Assembly (NCBI GenBank): GCA_964581935.1
Contig: CAZORN010000002.1
Location: 1 to 56,907, forward strand
Direction: 5' to 3'
Length of the DNA: 56,907 nucleotides
DNA from: an uncultured Victivallales bacterium
GTDB taxonomy: Bacteria > Verrucomicrobiota > Lentisphaeria > Victivallales > UBA1829
Shown here: in pieces, positions 36,768-45,826 of the stretch
How the letters are laid out: every line of letters begins with the position of its first letter
Numbering within the stretch: position 1 is the stretch's first letter
The notes under the pieces: generated by a model
Databases searched by the model: none
The model's input: the letters and a program-made list of their open reading frames with translations, nothing else
Told to the model about the DNA's origin: nothing
Made by a program: the position numbers and the translations under genes

Positions 36768-36857
36768 TTACTTGGTCTTGTGGCGCAAAGCCTTACGCAT
36801 TTTTTTGCGCTTGTGCTGTGCGATCTTCGTACGACGTTTTTTTCTCAGGTTTCCCAT
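36768..36857 (-). CDS. 29-aa highly basic micro-protein, bS22 / AURKAIP1-COX24-like
   Basis: The reverse complement reads ATG GGA AAC CTG AGA AAA AAA CGT CGT ACG AAG ATC GCA CAG CAC AAG CGC AAA AAA ATG CGT AAG GCT TTG CGC CAC AAG ACC AAG TAA, giving MGNLRKKRRTKIAQHKRKKMRKALRHKTK. It resembles the MGS-x-x-KKRR-x-x-M-x-K-x-KHRK pattern of ribosomal protein bS22. It is too short for the ORF track. Confidence 0.6.
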   Translation of the reverse strand: MGNLRKKRRTKIAQHKRKKMRKALRHKTK

Positions 36858-37126
36858 GAACAGATTTTCCTACAGTAAAAGTGTTGTTCAAAAAACAATG
36901 TCTTTTAATGTAACGCGAAAATTGAAAATGGCAAGTCCCATTCTCATGAAAATCTAAAAAAAACGCAAGGTGGAAATCAGTCAGCGCCATCGGAAAACCG
37001 GACGGACGGAGAAAAGCTTGCCAGGAAACAGGACCGATCAATCCCGGGACTCCCCTTGAAAACAGTGTCTTTCCTGAATCCGGAAACAAATATTGCAAAA
37101 ATCTTCGTTTTCGCGAAAAAACGCTA

Positions 37127-37184
37127 TTGACAAAGAAAAAGAAGAGACTATAATAAAGTGACATAAATAAATAAAAGTGACATA
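37127..37184 (+). promoter_or_regulatory. consensus sigma70-type promoter plus 11-bp direct-repeat operator candidate
   Basis: TTGACA (37127-37132), a 16-nt spacer, then TATAAT (37149-37154). AAAGTGACATA follows immediately at 37155-37165 and again at 37174-37184. The ATG of the GntR gene is at 37187. Confidence 0.55.
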
Positions 37185-37186
37185 CT

Positions 37187-38194
37187 ATGCCTGTTGCAAT
37201 CCCCAAAAAACCGTATGAACCCCAGAGCCGGGAATTGTCGCGTCTCCTGATTCATAAGATTCATAACGGCGAATACGCGCCGGGACAGCGCATGGAAAGC
37301 ATCCGTGTACTGGCGGAGCGTTACGGAGTCGGACGGCAGGTGGTGCTTTCGGCATTTTCGCTGATGGCGAAGTATAATTATATTTATACGGCACAGGGCA
37401 GCGGCACGTATGTGAATCCGTCCCTCAAACCCGGCATTTTCTACCGGCTCGGATGGTTCATCAATCAGCTGGCTCCTTTCAGTATGTTGGCGCAGCACGC
37501 GCATATTTACGCGGCGCGGCGGCATTTCAATGTGGTGCTGGGAAGTAATTATGAAGAAAATTTCACTCTTGCCGACTGGCTGATCCACAAGGGCGACCTC
37601 GACGGGGTGGTGGTCTACGGCATTGTGGAGGAAGAAATGCTCAAGTATCCGCGGTTGCACCGGATTCCGTATGTCGTGGTCGGAAACTACGATATTTCAC
37701 CGGAGCATCCGCAGATCAACTATGATGTGCGCGGAAGTTACTTCAGAACCATGTCGGAACTTTTCCGGGCGCATCAATGGGAATCTTTTGCGGTCATTGG
37801 CGGGACTCCGGACATGCGGGCGGACCGGGAAGCGATGGACGGCATCCGCGCTGCCGCCGTCGGGGCCGGACTGAATCCGGAACGGAGCTTTTTCGAATTT
37901 TCTTCCGACGACGGCTATAATGAAGTCGTCGCCGCGCTCAAACAGAAGCCGGAAGTGATCATATTCTGCGGTTCGCACTGGCTGGGACTCCTGAAATATT
38001 GCGAACTCCACCCCGAATTCAAGCGTCCGGCCGTCGTGATCAACAAAAATCAGGAACAGGAGGCCCCTGATTCCTTGTATGACTTTACCTTCGAGCACAA
38101 AGACTTGCCGACAGACAAGGAGATCGCGCATCAGGCGATAGATCAGCTGATTGACATATTAAATACAAACGGGAGGACACCGCATCATGGTTAG
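37187..38194 (+). CDS. GntR-type HTH regulator with PBP-like sensor domain
   Basis: The N-terminal [44 protein letters not shown] is a GntR winged helix. The C-terminal ~250 aa are PBP/LacI-like. The stop overlaps the next start by 8 nt. Confidence 0.85.
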   Translation: MPVAIPKKPYEPQSRELSRLLIHKIHNGEYAPGQRMESIRVLAERYGVGRQVVLSAFSLMAKYNYIYTAQGSGTYVNPSLKPGIFYRLGWFINQLAPFSMLAQHAHIYAARRHFNVVLGSNYEENFTLADWLIHKGDLDGVVVYGIVEEEMLKYPRLHRIPYVVVGNYDISPEHPQINYDVRGSYFRTMSELFRAHQWESFAVIGGTPDMRADREAMDGIRAAAVGAGLNPERSFFEFSSDDGYNEVVAALKQKPEVIIFCGSHWLGLLKYCELHPEFKRPAVVINKNQEQEAPDSLYDFTFEHKDLPTDKEIAHQAIDQLIDILNTNGRTPHHG

Positions 38195-39002
38195 ATTTAC
38201 GAAAAAGAATTTTACACTCATCGAACTTCTGGTCGTTATTGCAATTATCGCCATCCTTGCCTCAATGCTGCTGCCGGCGCTGAACAAAGCCAGGGAGCGG
38301 GCGAAAGTGTCGGCTTGCCAGAGCAATGTGAAACAGGTAGCCACGACTATGCTGATTTACGCCGGTGACTATGCCGACTGGGGACCGACTGGAACCAGGT
38401 CATACAGTCCGAATGACTACGGAATGCAATTGCTGGATTATTTTTCCCGCCCGAAAAACACCAGTTGGACACTAAGCGGAAAGAAAACGATCAAGCAGCT
38501 GGTTTGTCCGGGGCTTGGCGGTACATTCATCAGCGGCGGCGCATCCTGTTGGGCTGGAACATGGGGGACTCCCGGCGGGGCCGCGGCCTATATTTTTTCC
38601 GGATATTACCTGGCTTTCGGAGTCGCCGATTATGCGTCCACCCTGGCAAACGGCTATGGATGGATAGGCTATGCCAACAGCAATGGTTCCGGCTACAGTT
38701 CGTATCAGCCGATTCCCAGCCTCAGGTTCTTAAACAGTGTCATTCCCCGAATCGGCGGCGTCACCAACTGGAAGTATGATTCTCCCTCGGCAACGGCGAT
38801 GCTGGGGGATTGCGCGAATCCATTGCGTCAGCAAGGCGACAAGGTTGCAGGATATGGCCGTACCTCGCCGACTCCGCATCCGGCGAAGGCGAATACCGCT
38901 TTTATGGATGGTCACGTGCAGGGGACCGCAAAAGCCAAAGCGAAAAAGTATATCCGTTTCTATTCCGACGGAAACGGCGTCGACGAAATCTGGTGGGATT
39001 GA
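38187..39002 (+). CDS. prepilin-type N-terminal domain protein with H-X9-DG motif (pseudopilin-like), copy 3
   Basis: N-terminus [51 protein letters not shown]-terminal [14 protein letters not shown] is H-X9-DG. Confidence 0.9.
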   Translation: MVRFTKKNFTLIELLVVIAIIAILASMLLPALNKARERAKVSACQSNVKQVATTMLIYAGDYADWGPTGTRSYSPNDYGMQLLDYFSRPKNTSWTLSGKKTIKQLVCPGLGGTFISGGASCWAGTWGTPGGAAAYIFSGYYLAFGVADYASTLANGYGWIGYANSNGSGYSSYQPIPSLRFLNSVIPRIGGVTNWKYDSPSATAMLGDCANPLRQQGDKVAGYGRTSPTPHPAKANTAFMDGHVQGTAKAKAKKYIRFYSDGNGVDEIWWD

Positions 39003-39109
39003 AGAGAATCGAAAATGGGAAACGGGGCAGAATGCACGGTTGGATTGCTTCGTGTCTTCTCGCTCGGTATGGGCTGAAAATCAACTATCAAATATCATAA
39101 GGATTTGTC

Positions 39110-41959
39110 ATGATGAGGAAACTGGGATTTCTGTGTCTTTTTATGATGGTGGTATCGCTGTGCGCGGCATTGCCGGAAGGTTCCATCGTGTTCGAGGCGG
39201 AATCGCTGAAGCCTGAAAACAATGCGTGGAAGGTGAAGCCCCACTTTCCCAACATGTACGGGGGCAAACCGTCCGGAGATCAATTTCTGGACGGTTTCAG
39301 CGGTGCCATGGGCAAGGCGGAAACCACTGTGTCTTTGCCAAAGGACGGCAAATACCGCCTGTGGGTCCGTTATCTGGATATCGACCGTTTTCGCGGCGCC
39401 ACATTCAAGGTGACGGTTCTCCAGAAGGACAAGGTCATCGGCGAACATGAATTCGACCGTGAATCGATGCGTGTCTCCGCCGACGGCAAGAAAAAATGGG
39501 GGACGGGGTTCGGCCAGTTCGTCTGGGATGGAATGGAATTCACCGGGGAGGCGGGAAACGCGACTGTCCGGGTTTCCAAGGGACAGCCCAAAGCCGGAAC
39601 CGGTTCCGGCTCGCGCCATCTGGATGTTTTCGTGATTACGCCCGACCTTGCCTTTGAACCCCGGATTACCGATCTGTATCCTCTGTTTGTCAAAGTTCGC
39701 ACATTGCCGCAGCAGGACAAGCCGGTGGCGATCCATGTCTTCGGCCGGCGTTCGATGGAGCCGTGGTTCACCGGACACATGAACATCAACGGCAAAGGGA
39801 TTTTCCAAGGGACCAACAAAGGGGCGGCGGATATGAAAAACGCGTTCCTCAAGCCCGGCGAAGAGTCACCATGGATTGAGATTTCACAATATCTCAGTTA
39901 CAACGGCCGTGATTCCATTCTTTTTTACGCAATGGAAAATTACCATGCCGATCCGCTGCCGTCCTCCGCGTTTGAAGTCAGTTTTTCGAAAACGCCGGAT
40001 GACAAAGACATCTTCAAGAAAGAGTCGCGGAGCGGAAAAGGGAACGGCATGATCGTCAATATTGACCTTCACGGTAACTACGCTGCCCTTACCGACCGTG
40101 AAGGAAGCGAACAGTCGCTCAAATACGCGCAGGCGACAACCGATGTGAAAGGGCGCCGCCCGCTGGAATTCCCGTTCATCACCACCATGGCGCTGGACCC
40201 CGAGCTCGTGATGCCGGAATATGTGGACAATGAGCTGGAAGCCCTGAAGCTGATCGGAATCAGCGGGTTTTCCAAGCCGACTCCGCAGACGGTCAGCAAG
40301 AATTTCACCTGGTACATGGGGGGACGCTTTTTCTTCCATCTGCTCAAGAACGGATGTTTGAGTCAGCCGGAGACCGCCAGAATCGAAGCGCACATGAAAT
40401 CTCTTGCCGAACCTTACAAAAATGGAAAGACCCCGTGGTTCATGCTGAACCTGATGGATGAACCCGGCCTGGACATGAAACACATCACCACCTGCCCGGT
40501 TTGCATCGCGGGATTCGCTCCCTATCTGGAAAAACAGGGAGTAAAATTGACCGGTGCGCCGACCGCCGACCATAACGCGGGCTTGTTGTACTATTGGAGC
40601 AACCGCTACCGCAACCATGTCATGACGGAAGTGTTGCGGACCGGCACAACCGCCGCCCATAAATTCATGCCCGGAATCCCCACCACGGTCAATTTCGCCA
40701 CGGAAATCGTTTTCGACGGCAATATGATCAAACGCGGCTGCGACTGGTTCGAAATCCTCGGTTCCGGGGCTCTGACCATGGGCTGGCACGAAGACTGGGC
40801 GAATTACTCGGCGACCTATCAGGTGGCCGGGTTCCAATCCGACGTAATGCGCGCCGCCTGCCGTCCGAAGAACCTGAATTACGGCATTTACAACATCCTG
40901 GCCCGTCATCCGTGGGATATTCAGGCCAAGGGCTTCGCCGAAATCGGACACGGCAACAAGGCCATGCACTTTTTCTCCTACGGTCCGTATTATTCCCTGT
41001 CCAGCGACTCCAACAGCCAGCGTCCGGAAATCTATCAGGCGATCAAAAACATTACCATGGCTTCCGGCCTTGTGGATAAGGAACTTGCTTCCGCACGGGT
41101 GGCTCCCGGCGACGCGGCCATGCTTTTCAGTGTAACCGGAGACATCTGGAACGACGGAAAAGACAATCCGTTCGGACGTGAACGGACTTATCTGAGTCTG
41201 TTGCTGGCCCACTGCAATTACCGGCTGGACATCCTGAGCGAAGATGACTTGTCCGCCGAACTCAAGAAATATAAGATTCTGTTTGCCGTCGATTCACATC
41301 TGCGCCGTTCCCAGCTCCTCCCGCTGATTCAGTGGGTGAAGGACGGGGGCACACTGTATCTGGGCGCCGGAGCGCTGGAATTCGACGAGGCCAACCAGCC
41401 CCTCGGATTGGATCAGAATCTCGGACTGAAGAGGGAGAAGCTGACTGCGGGCGAAAAAGCCGGACGGCCCCAATATGAGATGCTGAAGCTGAAAAATCTC
41501 AAAGCGACGGAAAATCCGCCCGTTTTATGCGGTTTTCAGGAGCCCATGAAACAGGACTTGAAGGTCGGCAGGGGACGCGTGATTTTCAGCGGATTCTTCC
41601 CCGGAATAGGGTATCTCGGAACGTCCACTCAGGCAAAAGGAGAGGAAATCTACAGTGTCCGCGATTATTCCAAAGCATTCCGCGACTATATCGCGGGCTT
41701 GAAGCTGCCGTCCGTCCCGCGTCTGGCAACAGACAACTACCGGATCGAAGCCAATCTGCTGGAAAGCGACAAGGCCGACGTGATCGTCCTCTCCAACTGG
41801 ACCGGCAGGGAACAGACCGTGAAGGTGACCCTGAACGATGCGCCCGCTTACCGGAACATCGAAACTTCCGGAGAATTGTGCGACAGCAAAATTAAAAACA
41901 GAAACCTTACCGTTACCGTCAGAATCGGCGCCGGTGGTTATATCAAGTGTGAAAAATGA
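39110..41959 (+). CDS. exported 949-aa putative glycoside hydrolase, GH42-like core with an N-terminal CBM-like module
   Basis: It has a signal peptide (MMRKLGFLCLFMMVVSLCAA). The N-terminal IVFEAESL...DGKYRLWVRY resembles a binding module. The central LMDEPGL...CPVCIAGFAPYLEKQG...MGWHEDW and the later YKILFAVDSH...WVKDGGTLY resemble the GH42 catalytic and trimerisation domains (inference). Confidence 0.88.
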   Translation: MMRKLGFLCLFMMVVSLCAALPEGSIVFEAESLKPENNAWKVKPHFPNMYGGKPSGDQFLDGFSGAMGKAETTVSLPKDGKYRLWVRYLDIDRFRGATFKVTVLQKDKVIGEHEFDRESMRVSADGKKKWGTGFGQFVWDGMEFTGEAGNATVRVSKGQPKAGTGSGSRHLDVFVITPDLAFEPRITDLYPLFVKVRTLPQQDKPVAIHVFGRRSMEPWFTGHMNINGKGIFQGTNKGAADMKNAFLKPGEESPWIEISQYLSYNGRDSILFYAMENYHADPLPSSAFEVSFSKTPDDKDIFKKESRSGKGNGMIVNIDLHGNYAALTDREGSEQSLKYAQATTDVKGRRPLEFPFITTMALDPELVMPEYVDNELEALKLIGISGFSKPTPQTVSKNFTWYMGGRFFFHLLKNGCLSQPETARIEAHMKSLAEPYKNGKTPWFMLNLMDEPGLDMKHITTCPVCIAGFAPYLEKQGVKLTGAPTADHNAGLLYYWSNRYRNHVMTEVLRTGTTAAHKFMPGIPTTVNFATEIVFDGNMIKRGCDWFEILGSGALTMGWHEDWANYSATYQVAGFQSDVMRAACRPKNLNYGIYNILARHPWDIQAKGFAEIGHGNKAMHFFSYGPYYSLSSDSNSQRPEIYQAIKNITMASGLVDKELASARVAPGDAAMLFSVTGDIWNDGKDNPFGRERTYLSLLLAHCNYRLDILSEDDLSAELKKYKILFAVDSHLRRSQLLPLIQWVKDGGTLYLGAGALEFDEANQPLGLDQNLGLKREKLTAGEKAGRPQYEMLKLKNLKATENPPVLCGFQEPMKQDLKVGRGRVIFSGFFPGIGYLGTSTQAKGEEIYSVRDYSKAFRDYIAGLKLPSVPRLATDNYRIEANLLESDKADVIVLSNWTGREQTVKVTLNDAPAYRNIETSGELCDSKIKNRNLTVTVRIGAGGYIKCEK

Positions 41960-41973
41960 GGAGAGAGAGATCC

Positions 41974-44900
41974 ATGCACCCCTTGTCCAAATTCGCTTTT
42001 GTCGGCGCCGTGGCCGGATTGGTCGGATGTCATCAGGTCCCGCCGTCGCCGCAGTATGTGCCGACCAAGCCCGCCGCCTCTGTGAAAACGGAAGAAGGCA
42101 GAGTGATCAATACAGGAGACCGCCCCGCGGTTCTGGAACTGGATACGCCCGTTTGCGCCGGACGTCGGCTGGTCTTTCCGGTAAAACTTCCGGCAAATCG
42201 GGCGCTGATCGTGAAAACAGGCCGGGGCGAAGAGAACCTGACTGTCATCAACCGCGGTGATTTCATTCAATGGGACCATCGCGACTCTACCGGGCAGAGC
42301 ACGAAAAAAGTTTATCCGTGGGATACGGGGAATTATTATCCGAACGGAAGAATCCGCGAAAGTTTTGCCTATACGAAAAATATGCTGGACTGGAATAACT
42401 ATTTCATGAACACCTGCCGGCTTGACATCGCCAGGGATTTTTTTCCGGTGACGCTGGAAGTCCAGAATGGAAAATGCCGCTGGTATCTGAATCATGTCCT
42501 GCTGCAGGAATGCGATTCTTCCGCCGACTTGTATGGACGGAAGCTCCGGATCACCCTGCCGCCGGGAGGCGAAATGATGAAGCCGGAGGTTGCAGGACTC
42601 GCGGATTCCCGGGGACGTTTTCTGCCGGTGGATCTGGGAGGACGGTATAACGCGGTGAACGCCAGTCCCGGAAACAGCCGTGAAATCGACGGAATTCCCT
42701 TTGAGATATCTCCTGCAGGACCCGACGGACGCAACAGCATCGATGTGGGAAAGTCATGGTTCCGCGAAGGCTTCATGACAGACAATGAAATGTCGCATTC
42801 GGGCAGTTTCGGCGGACGCTGGAGCGGAGCGCTCGGAGGCAGTCCCGCACGGATTCAGTTCCGCGTGCCGAACCGACAGTTCACGGCGATTTATCTGCTG
42901 GCCTCCTGTGTCCGGAGTCCGGAACGCGTCCCGCGCGTGACAGCCCAATTTTTCCGGACAGGTTCCGGGTTCCCCAAGAATTTCCCCGCTGAAGTCATAT
43001 CTGAAAAAGATGGTCTTCAGGTTGTCAGGATTCCCGTTTCGCCGGGAATGCTTCAGGAATTCAGCGACCGCGACGTGATCGAACTTGAACTGACCGGAGA
43101 CGTGCATGTCTACCGCGCCTATCCGGATCCGCTGCACTACAGCATGCACGGAGGGGGAATCCCTTCGGGCGTCCAGATATATGCCATGACACTGGAAACC
43201 GCTCCTGTCGAAGTGTTTTTCGAACCGGAAGAGTTCGGCAATGTCTGGGTGGAACCGGTGAAGCCCTCCTACCGCGTGAAGCTCCGCAATACCACCGCAC
43301 AGCCGCGGAAGGTGAAGCTGACCTTGAACACGGAAAGCTTCGACCGTTCGGAAAAACAGAATCTATCGCAGACGCTGGAAGTTCCCGCCGACAGTGAAAT
43401 CATCACCCGTTTCGACCTGCCCCTGAACAAATTCGGCTGGCATCGGGTGTCACTGGATGCCGACGGGCAGAAGTTCGACCGTTCGCTCGCGTTTCTCCGC
43501 GGCCGTGAATACAGTGCGCGTCCGATCGACGCCAGAGGATTCATGTTCGGCTACTGGAACTGGCGCGGTTCACACCTGACGCTGAATAACCGGGACTCGC
43601 TTTTCCTGCTTGGAAAACTCGGCATGGAATCGGTTTCGCACAACGGTTCCACCATGCTGGGCCATGAGGTGGAAGATGTGGTCAGGCGCTTCGGTATGAA
43701 GAACTTCTGGGCTTACGAACGCGGCCCCCGCACGGCTACGCAAATCGGGGAAATTCCCGAGATGCTGCGCAACGGACTGCTGGGAAAATCCCAGGTCACC
43801 GAGCCGGCCTATGTGAATATCTTCGCCGAGCCCGGCGGAATCGGGACCGAAGGCAATCTGCCGGAATTCTTCGGCGAAAAAGAAAACGTCATGACGCCCG
43901 AACAGCAGGAGCGGTTCAATACCTATAAAAAGACCGTAATAGCGGCGGCCTCCGAAATCCGGAAACTGACTCCCGGAGTCAAAATCCTGATGCCCTGGGG
44001 CGATCCCATGTTCACGGTGCCTTTCCTGAAGGATCCCGAAACGCGCTATCTGTTCGACGGCATCGCATTCGACGCCGGATACTTCGACCGTCTGCCCGAA
44101 CAGCAGCTGCATCAGTGCTCGCTGAACCGCATGTATCAGTTTACCAGTTACTGGAACAAATACCGCAAGGACAAACCGTTCATGATTACGGTGGAGGGCC
44201 CCTGTCTGGCGCAGGTCGCGCCCGGCGCGCTGACAGAGGAGCAGTTCGCTTCCCACATGGTCCGCTCCGCCATGATTCTGGCCTCCTACGGCATCAACCG
44301 CCAGTTCTCGCTGACCGGTCCCTCCGATTGCGCTTCCTACTGGGGCGAACAGCACTACGGAGGCGGATTGTTCTCCCGGATCAGCGGCGTCAATCCCCAT
44401 GTGGCCTATGCCGCGGCGGGAACCATGATCCGGCATCTCCGGCACATGGAATTCGTCAAGTGGGTCCCCACCGGCTCCCTCAGCACATATTGTCTCCAGT
44501 TCAAGGATTCCCGCGACGGCAAAATCATGCACGTGCTGTGGACGGTTCGAGGCAAACGGCCGCTGTCGGTCAACGGCAGGAATGTTCAGGTGTATGATTC
44601 CATGGACAATCTGATGTCCAGTCCTGTGGTCAGTCAGATGCCGATCTATGTCTACGCCGGAGAAAACGCGCTCAAATTCGGTGCGCCGGATCATTCCGAT
44701 ACGGCACTGGGCAAACATCGCGTCCTGCTGGGAAATCCGGCGGAACTGTTTCCCCGCCAGAGTCAGGACACCGATCCCGAATATCTCGAATCGTTCCCGG
44801 ACGCCATCCGCCGTTTCCCCGCTGCCATGACTTTGGAGAAACGTCCGGACGGTCTCGCCGTGACATTGCCGCCGCAGGCGGTTGACCGTGGCACCATGCC

Positions 44901-45741
44901 TTATTATACGACGCTGACGCCCGGAAAGCCTGTCGTCATTCCCGGCAAGGCGAAATACCTCACCATGGAAGTCTCCGCCAATTCCGACTGGGGTCGGATC
45001 GTCTACGTCCTTCGCGACGCCAAGGGAGAAAAGTGGATCAGCGTAGGCGCAACGGGTGTCTGGAATTGCGACGATACTCCCGGCGCAAGTTCATTCAACT
45101 TCGACGGCAAACGGCTGGTGCGTTTTGAACTCCCCTCCAATCTGCCCTGGGACAACTTCCGCGAAATGGGCACCACCTGGTGGGGCGCCACCGGCGGAGA
45201 CCGTATCGTGAATCTGCCGCTGACTCTTGAGAAAATTTTCGTGGAACGCCGCGCCAAGGCGATCTATGTGAATTCCCTTGAACCAGCAAATCCGTCTCCG
45301 GTGATTCTGGGCAACCTTTATGCCGAATACGAATCGCCGGAAATGATGAAACCGCAGCCGACCGTGCAAATGCCTCCCCCTCCGGTCAGCGCCGCGCCTC
45401 TCAATCCGATCGCGGAACTGGCCGGAAAAGCCGTCCTGCCTCCCTCCGAAATCATCCGGGTGGATCCTCCGGATCACTATTACGACGGAACCAGAGGTGT
45501 TTTCCATTTCCGTGAAATGCCTCAGGCGGCTTTCTACGACGTCTATTTGAGCCGGTCGCCCGACGGCGCCAACGCGCTGAAGCTCGGTTCGCAGCTCCGG
45601 AAATCAGGCACGACGGTCAACGGATTCCTGCCCGACACGGATTTCTACGCGTTCGTGGTCTGGTATAACCGGAAGGGACAGTCTTCAACGCCGTCGAAAC
45701 CGTTCCGCTTCAAGCTCCAGGACAATTTCGGCAACAAATAA
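41974..45741 (+). CDS. large (~1255 aa) lipoprotein, putative glycoside hydrolase
   Basis: ATG 41974 follows AGGAG and gives MHPLSKFAFVGAVAGLVGC, a lipobox. The ORF track starts at 41956, overlapping the upstream stop. The central TIM-barrel-like region is similar in style to the 1325-aa protein. No specific family assigned. Confidence 0.88.
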   Translation: MHPLSKFAFVGAVAGLVGCHQVPPSPQYVPTKPAASVKTEEGRVINTGDRPAVLELDTPVCAGRRLVFPVKLPANRALIVKTGRGEENLTVINRGDFIQWDHRDSTGQSTKKVYPWDTGNYYPNGRIRESFAYTKNMLDWNNYFMNTCRLDIARDFFPVTLEVQNGKCRWYLNHVLLQECDSSADLYGRKLRITLPPGGEMMKPEVAGLADSRGRFLPVDLGGRYNAVNASPGNSREIDGIPFEISPAGPDGRNSIDVGKSWFREGFMTDNEMSHSGSFGGRWSGALGGSPARIQFRVPNRQFTAIYLLASCVRSPERVPRVTAQFFRTGSGFPKNFPAEVISEKDGLQVVRIPVSPGMLQEFSDRDVIELELTGDVHVYRAYPDPLHYSMHGGGIPSGVQIYAMTLETAPVEVFFEPEEFGNVWVEPVKPSYRVKLRNTTAQPRKVKLTLNTESFDRSEKQNLSQTLEVPADSEIITRFDLPLNKFGWHRVSLDADGQKFDRSLAFLRGREYSARPIDARGFMFGYWNWRGSHLTLNNRDSLFLLGKLGMESVSHNGSTMLGHEVEDVVRRFGMKNFWAYERGPRTATQIGEIPEMLRNGLLGKSQVTEPAYVNIFAEPGGIGTEGNLPEFFGEKENVMTPEQQERFNTYKKTVIAAASEIRKLTPGVKILMPWGDPMFTVPFLKDPETRYLFDGIAFDAGYFDRLPEQQLHQCSLNRMYQFTSYWNKYRKDKPFMITVEGPCLAQVAPGALTEEQFASHMVRSAMILASYGINRQFSLTGPSDCASYWGEQHYGGGLFSRISGVNPHVAYAAAGTMIRHLRHMEFVKWVPTGSLSTYCLQFKDSRDGKIMHVLWTVRGKRPLSVNGRNVQVYDSMDNLMSSPVVSQMPIYVYAGENALKFGAPDHSDTALGKHRVLLGNPAELFPRQSQDTDPEYLESFPDAIRRFPAAMTLEKRPDGLAVTLPPQAVDRGTMPYYTTLTPGKPVVIPGKAKYLTMEVSANSDWGRIVYVLRDAKGEKWISVGATGVWNCDDTPGASSFNFDGKRLVRFELPSNLPWDNFREMGTTWWGATGGDRIVNLPLTLEKIFVERRAKAIYVNSLEPANPSPVILGNLYAEYESPEMMKPQPTVQMPPPPVSAAPLNPIAELAGKAVLPPSEIIRVDPPDHYYDGTRGVFHFREMPQAAFYDVYLSRSPDGANALKLGSQLRKSGTTVNGFLPDTDFYAFVVWYNRKGQSSTPSKPFRFKLQDNFGNK

Positions 45742-45759
45742 GAAGTCTTTGAAAACATC

Positions 45760-45800
45760 GCCGCGGAATCCGGCAGAAAACGGATTCCGCGGCTTTTTCT
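45760..45800. terminator. bidirectional rho-independent terminator between convergent genes
   Basis: A 13-bp perfect stem: GCCGCGGAATCCG (45760-45772) pairs with CGGATTCCGCGGC (45781-45793), with loop GCAGAAAA. It is followed by TTTTTCTTT. An A-rich stretch lies upstream for the opposite direction. Confidence 0.7.
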
Positions 45801-45826
45801 TTCCCGTGAAACGGAAATATCCGATA

